Assembly (NCBI GenBank): GCA_016217765.1
Contig: JACRGP010000110.1
Span: forward strand, 1-45,453
Source: Nitrospinota bacterium
GTDB taxonomy: Bacteria; Nitrospinota; Nitrospinia; Nitrospinales; JACRGP01
Direction: 5' to 3'
DNA length: 45,453 nt
Shown: piece after piece, positions 38,530 through 45,453 of the stretch
Layout: every line of letters begins with the position of its first letter
How positions within the stretch are numbered: position 1 is the first letter of the stretch
The notes under the pieces: model-generated
Databases searched by the model: none
Told to the model about the DNA's origin: nothing
What the model saw: the letters and a program-made list of their open reading frames with translations, nothing else
Position numbers and translations under genes: made by a program

Positions 38530-40965
38530 TTAACCCAGGGCGGAATTGAGGGCCCCGGACTTTTCGTTGAAGACCAGTTCGTCCTCGTGGAGGCTTACCT
38601 CGACCACGCCGCCGTTCTTGAACCGTCCCTTCAGCATCTCGTCGGACAGCACGTCCTCGAGGTACTTTTGGATGGCCCTGCGGAGCGGCCGGGCCCCGAA
38701 ATGGGAGTCATAGCCTTTTTCCGCGAGCCACTTCTTGGCGTCCTCGGTCATGTCCAGCGTGATGCCCTGCTGGATCAACTGTTCGTTCAACTGTTGCAGG
38801 TTGATGTCGAGGATGCACCCCATGTGCTCCATCGTCAACGAATGGAACACGACGACCTCGTTGATCCGGTTCAGGAATTCCGGGTTGAATGTCTTTTTCA
38901 AGTCCTGTTTCAGGTCCTTTTTCATCTTGTCGTAATTGAGGTCGGGGTTGTCCGAACGGAAACCCAGGCCAGCCCCTTTCTCCAGGCTCTTGGAGCTGAT
39001 GTTGGAGGTCATGATGATGACGGTGTTTTTAAAGTCCACGTGCCGGCCGTAACTGTCGGTCAACCGGCCGTCGTCCATGATCTGCAACAGCAGATGGAAC
39101 ACGTCGGGATTGGCTTTTTCGATTTCGTCGAACAGGACGACGGAATAGGGCTTGCGCCGGACTTTTTCCGTCAACTGCCCGCCTTCCTCGTAGCCGACGT
39201 ACCCCGGAGGCGCGCCGGTGAGCCGCGACACGTTGAACTTCTCCATGTACTCGGACATGTCGAGCCGGATGAGGGCGTTGCGGTCGCCAAACATGAATTC
39301 GGCCAGCGACCCGGCCAGTTCCGTCTTGCCGACGCCCGTGGGGCCGAGGAACAGGAACACGCCGATGGGCCGGCGGGTGTCCTTCAAGCCGGACCGCGAC
39401 CGGCGGATGGCCTTGGAGATCACGTGGATCGCCTCGTCCTGGCCGACGATCTTGCCGGCGAGTTCCTTGTCCATGTTCAACAGGCGGGTGCTTTCCTTTT
39501 CCTCGATGCGGGACAACGGAATGCCCGTCATGCCGGACACGACCGCGGCGATGTCTTCCTCGGCGATGCAGGGCTCGGTCTTCTCGTGCTCGGCGCGCCA
39601 TTTTTCCTTTTCCTTCTGCATGGCGGCGCGCAGGGCTTCTTCCCGGTCGCGCAGTTCGACGGCTTTCTCGAACTCCTGGTTTTCGATGCAGATCTTCTTC
39701 TCGCGCACGAGGCTGTCCACTTCCCGCTGGATGGAGCGCATTTCGGGCGACTGGGTGAGTTTGCGCAGACGGACCCGCGACCCCGCCTCGTCGATCACGT
39801 CGATGGCCTTGTCCGGCAGGAACCGGTCGCTGATGTAGCGGTCGGAATAGCGCACCGCCATGACGATCGCCTCGTCGGTGATCCTGGCCTTGTGATGCAC
39901 CTCGTAGGGGACTTTCAAGCCCTTGATGATCTCGATCGTCTCCTCGACGGTGGGCGGGTTGACGATGATCGGCTGGAACCGGCGCTCCAAGGCGCCGTTC
40001 TTTTCGATGTATTTCCGGTACTCTTCCAGGGTGGTCGCCCCGATGCACTGGATTTCCCCGCGGGACAAGGCCGGTTTGAGCATGTTGGAGGCGTCCACCG
40101 AGCCCTCCGCCGCCCCGGCGCCGACCAGCGTGTGCAACTCGTCGATGAACAGGATGATGTTCTCGTTCTGGGTGATTTCCTTCATGATGCCCTTGAGGCG
40201 GGCCTCGAACTGGCCGCGGTACTTGGTGCCGGCGATCAGCGAACCGAGGTCGAGGGAGACGACCCGTTTGTCGTACAGGGTGTCGGGGACCTCGCGTTCC
40301 ACGATCAACTGCGCCAGCCCTTCCACGATCGCCGTTTTGCCGACCCCGGGCTCGCCGATCAGGACCGGGTTGTTTTTCGTCCGGCGGCTCAGGATCTGGA
40401 TGACGCGCTCGATTTCCTTGGTGCGGCCGATGATGGGGTCCAGCTTGCCTTGGATGGCCATCTGCGTGAGGTCGCGGCTGAACTCGTCCAAAGTGGGGGT
40501 CTTGCCGCCTTCCTTGGCCTGTTCCTGGGGCTCCTTGAACATCTCGACGATTTTTTCCTTAACGTCGTCAAAATACAGGCCGAAACTGTTCAACACCCGG
40601 CACGCCACGCCCTCCTTTTCATTGAGCAAACCCAAAAGGAGGTGTTCGGTGCCAATGTAATTATGATTCAGCGAGCGAGCTTCCTCGACCGCGAACTCCA
40701 GCACTTTCTTGGCCCTGGAGGTAAACGGTATATCGCCAATAATCAATGAGTTGGAGCTTCGCGGGAGGTTCTTCTCGAGCTCTTGCTTGATCTGGTTGAT
40801 ATCGACCCCGGCCTTTTGAACGATGGCTACGGCTATGCCGCCGCCGTCTTTAAGCACGCCCTGCAAAATGTGTTCCGTCCCGAGGTATTCATGGCGGTAC
40901 AATTCCGCTTCCTCGCGCGCAAGGATGATCACTCTCCGGGCTCTCTCCGTAAATCGCTTAAACAT
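38530..40965 (-). CDS. clpC: ATP-dependent Clp protease ATP-binding subunit ClpC
   Basis: [10 protein letters not shown], double Clp-N repeat, GEPGVGKT, short UVR middle domain, [11 protein letters not shown] ClpP-docking loop. Confidence 0.93.
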   Translation of the reverse strand: MFKRFTERARRVIILAREEAELYRHEYLGTEHILQGVLKDGGGIAVAIVQKAGVDINQIKQELEKNLPRSSNSLIIGDIPFTSRAKKVLEFAVEEARSLNHNYIGTEHLLLGLLNEKEGVACRVLNSFGLYFDDVKEKIVEMFKEPQEQAKEGGKTPTLDEFSRDLTQMAIQGKLDPIIGRTKEIERVIQILSRRTKNNPVLIGEPGVGKTAIVEGLAQLIVEREVPDTLYDKRVVSLDLGSLIAGTKYRGQFEARLKGIMKEITQNENIILFIDELHTLVGAGAAEGSVDASNMLKPALSRGEIQCIGATTLEEYRKYIEKNGALERRFQPIIVNPPTVEETIEIIKGLKVPYEVHHKARITDEAIVMAVRYSDRYISDRFLPDKAIDVIDEAGSRVRLRKLTQSPEMRSIQREVDSLVREKKICIENQEFEKAVELRDREEALRAAMQKEKEKWRAEHEKTEPCIAEEDIAAVVSGMTGIPLSRIEEKESTRLLNMDKELAGKIVGQDEAIHVISKAIRRSRSGLKDTRRPIGVFLFLGPTGVGKTELAGSLAEFMFGDRNALIRLDMSEYMEKFNVSRLTGAPPGYVGYEEGGQLTEKVRRKPYSVVLFDEIEKANPDVFHLLLQIMDDGRLTDSYGRHVDFKNTVIIMTSNISSKSLEKGAGLGFRSDNPDLNYDKMKKDLKQDLKKTFNPEFLNRINEVVVFHSLTMEHMGCILDINLQQLNEQLIQQGITLDMTEDAKKWLAEKGYDSHFGARPLRRAIQKYLEDVLSDEMLKGRFKNGGVVEVSLHEDELVFNEKSGALNSALG

Positions 40966-41068
40966 GATTTGCTTCCTTTATGGAAAAAAGGCGCTGGTCT
41001 TGGTTGTTCCGGAAAAAAACAAACCGCTGGCATCCCCGTGAGCCAGAAACTGGGAACCTCTTTCACTT

Positions 41069-41096
41069 ATTCTAACAAACGAGGTCAAATTTACAA
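41069..41096 (-). promoter_or_regulatory. Putative sigma-70 promoter of clpC
   Basis: Minus strand TTGTAA-N16-TAGAAT with an extended -10 TG, preceded by an AT-rich tract. Confidence 0.4.
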
Positions 41097-41248
41097 GTAT
41101 TTATTTTATATGCCCTAATCCACTTTTTCAGGCTCCCGGCGGCGCGGCGGTCTCGCGTTTTCTCCCGCGGGGGACAAGGGATGGGGAGCGTGCCCGCCTT
41201 TATGGGCGCTTCCGGGGGGTGAGTCAATTTGGGCGTCCGAAGCCGGGG

Positions 41249-44200
41249 TCAACTGTAGCCGGCGTCCTTATGGAAACAGACGGCCGCCGCGGTGACGCTG
41301 GGGGGGTGGAACTGGTTGGCGCCGGTGAGGGCGATGCCGAGGTCCTGGGCCTGCAGGATTTCATAAATGGTTTTGTTGTTGGTCAGGTCCTCCAGGGCGG
41401 CGTAACCGGGGCTGTAGCGTTGGCCGGGTTTTTCCTTCGCCAGACCCGCGCGTTGGAACAGGAGCTGGTGGATGTATTCGGCGAGGTCCTCGGCGATCCG
41501 GTCGCACAGTCCCTGCAGATACAAGGCCGATTCGGAGTCGTGCCGGGCCTTGAATTCCTCGATGGCCGGGAGGGCCTCGTCTCCCGCGGTGGCGATCAGC
41601 AGTCCGATGGCGTCCATGCGTCCGGAGGATTTGGGATAAAAATATTGCGCGACGGAAAAAACGTCTTTCCGTCCCTTGCCGACGACCGGGTTGAAGCGGA
41701 TTCTCCCCAACTCCTTCCCCGCAAGCTCCGGGTCGTAGACGATCGCCTCGTCGCCTTCCGACTGCGCGGGCAGGAGGGCGAACCGGGCCTTGGGGACGAT
41801 CCAGCGGCTGGCTTCCGCTTTTTCCATCCATTCCCGTTCCAGTTCCTTGAGCCGTTCCAGCGTCATGCCGTGCCGTTTCCACCCGGACTGTTTTCCGAAT
41901 TTCCAGTTCAGGGAATACAGGCTCTTGGAGTCCAGCGACGGTCCCAGTTTGCTCAATTTGAACTCCACGCGGTGGATTCCGAACCCTTCGCGGACCGGCT
42001 CGTGCCGCTTGAAATCGACCTTGCGCCGCGCGAGCGTGGCCAGGAGCTTCTGTTTCTCGTCCTGGATGCCCTTGGCGCGTTGGTATTCGCGGACGAGTTT
42101 GGCCTTGTTTTGTTCGAGGAAGGACGCGCGGCTCTCCTTGTCCATCAGGGCGCTCATGACGTTGACGCCCTCCATGCCGCTTTCGCAGTAAAACACGTTG
42201 TCCAGGATTTGCCCGAGGTCGTTCTGGCCGTGCATGGCCACGTATCCGGCGTGCCGGTCGTTCACGGGGGCGCCGCCGACGAGCAGGGGGATGGGGTAAT
42301 TTTGTTCCCGGGCCATGCGGGCCACCGCGATCATGTGGTTGGACGTTTGCACCAGGAGGGCGCTCATGCCGATGGCGTCGGCGTTCTCCTGGCGGGCGGT
42401 CTGGATGAACTTTTCCAGCGGGGTCTGGACGCCGAGGTCCACGACGCGGTAGCCGTAATTCTCCAGCAGGGTTTTCGCCAGGTCCTTGCCGATGCTGTGC
42501 ACGTCCTGATACACCGTGCCGATGACCACCACGCCCTTGTACGCGATCGCGCCGGGCTCGGCCCCGCTTTTAAACCGCATGTACGCCTCGAGGAAGCCCA
42601 TGACGTTGCGCATCACGTCGGCGCTCTTGAGCAGGTGCGGCAGGCTCACTTCCCCGCGCCCGAACCGGTCGCCCAGCTCGCGCATGGTCTTGACCAGGTA
42701 TTGGCCGATGAACTCCAGGGGCTCGCGCCGCTCGATGACTTGCGCCGCCTCCAGCACGATGCGGTCGTGGTAGGGGAATTCCCCGCCGTCGTGTTCGAGG
42801 ACCCCGTCCTCCTTCTGCTTGAACCCGTCCATGATTTTCCGACAGACGCTTTGCTCCGCGGACAGGCCCGCGTAGTCGGCCTTTTTCGCCGTTTCGCCGG
42901 TCTTTTTGGTCAGGGCGATCCGCTCCAGTTCCGCGAAGGCGTTCATGTCGTGGTCCAGGATCGCCTTGCGGGCCAGTTCCACGTCCTCCGGCGGGAGGCT
43001 TTCCGCGGGGACGTAATGCTGGGGGTTCAGGATGGCGCAGTCCAGTCCCTTTTCCCGGGCTTCGTGGAGGAACACGCTGGTCAAGACCTGGCGCATATAG
43101 GGTTTTTGCGCGAGCCCGTTGGTGAGGTTGCCCACGCCGATGGTCGTCATCAAATCGGGGTGGATGCCCTTGATCATGGGCAGACACTTCAGGGTCTCCG
43201 CGCAGAAATTGAGCCCCTCCACCGATTCGCTCCCGATGGGATAGGCGTTGACGTCGATCAGGATGCGGTCCGGGCCTACGCCGTGCTTGTCCCGGGCCTG
43301 GCGGACGATCTCCGCCGCCAGGGCGTATTTCTCCTCGGCGGTCTGTCCCGGCCCCTCCGGGCCGTTGACGAGCGCGATGTAGAGGGCGCCGTGGTCCTTC
43401 GTGGTTGACAGCACGGCGTCCAGTTTCGACACGCCTTCCGCGTAAGTCTCCAGGCTGATGGAATTGACGATGGGCCTCCCCGGATAGGCCTGGATGCCCT
43501 GCTCCAGGGCCTCGACGGAAAAGGAATCGATGCACATCGCGCCTTTGAAGTCCGCGGTCAAGCCGCGGATGACCGCCGGCAGGGCCTTTTCGGTTTCGAC
43601 GATGTTGCTGTCCATGCACACGTCGATGATTTCGATCCCCAGGTCCTTCACTTGTTCGGAGACGACTTCCTCCAGGACGTCCATGCGGATCTCGCCGTCG
43701 CGCTCCACCGCGTCGCGCACTTTTTTACTGCCGCGCGCGTTGAGGCGCTCGCCGATGCGCGCCAGGCCCTTGGAACTGTCCAGGAGCGCCGCCTCCTGCG
43801 GGCCGGAAACGAACACCCGCGTATCGCGGGGCCGCTCCAGCGGGACGGAATCGCCGAGCCGCCGGCGGAGGGCGCGGATGTGTTCCGGGGTGGTCCCGCA
43901 ACAGCCGCCCACGATGGCCGCGCCGGATTCCTTGACGAAGGGCGCCATGGTCTCCGCCATGTCTTCCGGCGTCAGCTTGTAGCAGGTCTTGCCGTCCTCG
44001 GAGACCGGCTGGCCGGCGTTGGGGACGACGGAGAAGGGGAGGTTGCAGAACCGCGCCATTCTTTTTACGGTTTCTTTCATCAACTCCGGCCCGACGTTGC
44101 AGTTGATCCCGAACGCCGCGATCCCCATGTGCGCGACGGCGACGTAGGCGGCGAGGATGTCGGTGTTGAATATCTGCATCTTGCCGAAGGCGTCGACGGT

Positions 44201-44863
44201 GACCTGCGCCATGATGGGCAGGGTCTTGCCTTTTTCCCGGCAGGCTTTTTTCGCCCCGAGGATGGCGGCCTTGGTCTCGAGGATGTCTTGCTGGGTCTCG
44301 AACAGCAGGACGTCCGCCCCGCCGTCGATCAGGCCCGCGACTTGGATGCGGAAGTTGTCCTCGATTTCCGCGAAGGTCGCGCGTTTGAGGTTGGCCTGGG
44401 TGCTGGACACGACGTAGTTGGACGGGCCGATGGAGCCGGCGACGAACAGCGGCCGCCCGTCGTGTTCGGGAGACGCCCGGTAGCGTTCCATCGCTCTCCG
44501 CGCGGCCCGGCAGGCCTCCACGTTCAGATGCCAGGCGATCTCGGCGAAGTCCGCCCGCGCCAGGTCCAAACCCCGAGGGATGGAGCGTATGTCGGCCGGG
44601 TCGATGCGGGAGAAGTCGAATTCCTTCAAGCGGAGCGGGGACGCGCCGAACGTGTCGGTCTCGATGATGTTGGCCCCGGCCCGCAGGTACTCGAGGTGGA
44701 TGTTTTCCAGGTCCGCGGGACGCGAGAAGGTCAGCAGGTCGGTCAGCATCTTGAATTCCGGACCGCCAAAGGCCGAATCGGGCAGGCGCAGGGACAGCGC
44801 CATGGTCCCCATGGCCCCGTCCATGATCAAAACGTGTTTCTTTAAGGCGTTTTCGAAGTTCAT
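41249..44863 (-). CDS. metH: Cobalamin-dependent methionine synthase
   Basis: DGAMGT, GINC and GGCCG (Zn), pterin domain IGERLN, DVHSIG cobalamin motif, C-terminal RYSPGY activation domain. Confidence 0.92.
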   Translation of the reverse strand: MNFENALKKHVLIMDGAMGTMALSLRLPDSAFGGPEFKMLTDLLTFSRPADLENIHLEYLRAGANIIETDTFGASPLRLKEFDFSRIDPADIRSIPRGLDLARADFAEIAWHLNVEACRAARRAMERYRASPEHDGRPLFVAGSIGPSNYVVSSTQANLKRATFAEIEDNFRIQVAGLIDGGADVLLFETQQDILETKAAILGAKKACREKGKTLPIMAQVTVDAFGKMQIFNTDILAAYVAVAHMGIAAFGINCNVGPELMKETVKRMARFCNLPFSVVPNAGQPVSEDGKTCYKLTPEDMAETMAPFVKESGAAIVGGCCGTTPEHIRALRRRLGDSVPLERPRDTRVFVSGPQEAALLDSSKGLARIGERLNARGSKKVRDAVERDGEIRMDVLEEVVSEQVKDLGIEIIDVCMDSNIVETEKALPAVIRGLTADFKGAMCIDSFSVEALEQGIQAYPGRPIVNSISLETYAEGVSKLDAVLSTTKDHGALYIALVNGPEGPGQTAEEKYALAAEIVRQARDKHGVGPDRILIDVNAYPIGSESVEGLNFCAETLKCLPMIKGIHPDLMTTIGVGNLTNGLAQKPYMRQVLTSVFLHEAREKGLDCAILNPQHYVPAESLPPEDVELARKAILDHDMNAFAELERIALTKKTGETAKKADYAGLSAEQSVCRKIMDGFKQKEDGVLEHDGGEFPYHDRIVLEAAQVIERREPLEFIGQYLVKTMRELGDRFGRGEVSLPHLLKSADVMRNVMGFLEAYMRFKSGAEPGAIAYKGVVVIGTVYQDVHSIGKDLAKTLLENYGYRVVDLGVQTPLEKFIQTARQENADAIGMSALLVQTSNHMIAVARMAREQNYPIPLLVGGAPVNDRHAGYVAMHGQNDLGQILDNVFYCESGMEGVNVMSALMDKESRASFLEQNKAKLVREYQRAKGIQDEKQKLLATLARRKVDFKRHEPVREGFGIHRVEFKLSKLGPSLDSKSLYSLNWKFGKQSGWKRHGMTLERLKELEREWMEKAEASRWIVPKARFALLPAQSEGDEAIVYDPELAGKELGRIRFNPVVGKGRKDVFSVAQYFYPKSSGRMDAIGLLIATAGDEALPAIEEFKARHDSESALYLQGLCDRIAEDLAEYIHQLLFQRAGLAKEKPGQRYSPGYAALEDLTNNKTIYEILQAQDLGIALTGANQFHPPSVTAAAVCFHKDAGYS

Positions 44864-44904
44864 CGATTATTTCCAATAGAAGGAAAAATGGAATTATCCG
44901 CAGG

Positions 44905-44940
44905 CGGGCGCCGCATGGCAAGAAAGATTTTCGAATTTTG
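44905..44940 (+). repeat. 36-bp direct repeat, left copy
   Basis: CGGGCGCCGCATGGCAAGAAAGATTTTCGAATTTTG, identical to 45228-45263. Confidence 0.9.
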
Positions 44941-44974
44941 CCGATTATTGAGACCTGTATAAATAATGCCTTAT

Positions 44975-45231
44975 CCCGGATATTGCGTGAGAAAAAGAAT
45001 GGAACCGCTCCCCCTTGTAAAGGGGGCCGGGGGGATTCGCGCTACTCGCCGCAGGGGCGGCATGGCTCGGCCCGGATTGCCCTTGATGACGCTCATTCGC
45101 CATCCGGGTCAAGCCAGTTGGGTCCCAGCGTCACGCTGGCGCGAACGGAAGTTTCAAATCCCCCTGACCCCCTTTGCAAGGGGGAATAAAGGCAAGGCGC
45201 TTTTTGTTACAAGGAGGATCTCTCATCCGGG
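44975..45231 (+). mobile_element. Family-1 element, copy B
   Basis: Starts CCCGGATATTGCGTGAG; near-identical to copy A over the first 110 bp or so, and again across the second REP hairpin. Confidence 0.8.
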
Positions 45232-45263
45232 CGCCGCATGGCAAGAAAGATTTTCGAATTTTG
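45228..45263 (+). repeat. 36-bp direct repeat, right copy
   Basis: Identical to 44905-44940. Confidence 0.9.
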
Positions 45264-45269
45264 TTAAAA

Positions 45270-45341
45270 GCGCCTAACAAAATGAAGTCCCCGCAACTTC
45301 CTCCCCCTTCCAGGGGGAGGCGAGGAGGGGGTGAAAAGCCG
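45270..45341 (+). repeat. Family-2 element, left half
   Basis: GCGCCTAACAAAATGAAG terminus, CCTCCCCCTTCCAGGGGGAGG hairpin, and GGGGGTGAAAAGCCG shared with the 2433-2594 copy. Confidence 0.72.
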
Positions 45342-45453
45342 GGCAAGCGCCCGGAGGCGACGCGGCGATGACGCTGACGCGATCGCCGGGACGCAATTTC
45401 CGCCTCGGCGTCAGCCTGAGGCGGCGTCGGGTCCAGCGTTCACGCTGGTCACC

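Noticed and set aside
41073-41089. CtsR-like heptad upstream of clpC (GGTCAAA)
   Set aside because: Only one good half-site; no ctsR/mcsAB genes are adjacent.
44864-45453. Cobalamin/SAM/SAH riboswitch upstream of metH, or a CRISPR array from the 36-bp repeats
   Set aside because: No recognisable aptamer cores. Only two repeats 287 bp apart and no cas genes.

Overview
A GC-rich bacterial chromosomal window made mostly of housekeeping genes: hutH, lepA-lepB, gcvT-gcvH-gcvPA, an apgM-like gene with lysC-cimA, glnB-glnA-phzF-glnE, clpC, bamA-skp-fabZ-lpxA-(gnnA-like)-lpxI-lpxB, and metH. The gene set and order suggest a Nitrospinota/Nitrospirota/Desulfobacterota-like diderm, which is an inference. 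No rRNA, tRNA or CRISPR array was seen. The non-routine parts are: (i) an AT-richer type II restriction-modification islet with an intact MT-A70-type methyltransferase and a BglII/BstYI-like endonuclease broken by one extra base; (ii) a decayed signalling module in which a repeat-headed, internally deleted histidine kinase precedes an intact DctD-like sigma-54 activator, a sigma-54 promoter and a 35-codon remnant of a chemoreceptor; (iii) an ApgM-like protein that has lost most of its metal ligands yet is translationally coupled to aspartate kinase; (iv) at least two families of non-coding MITE/REP-like palindromic elements, one copy bracketed by a perfect 36-bp direct repeat. I found no clearly complete novel multi-gene system. 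The best candidates for something undescribed are the ApgM pseudo-enzyme and the modular repeat families.
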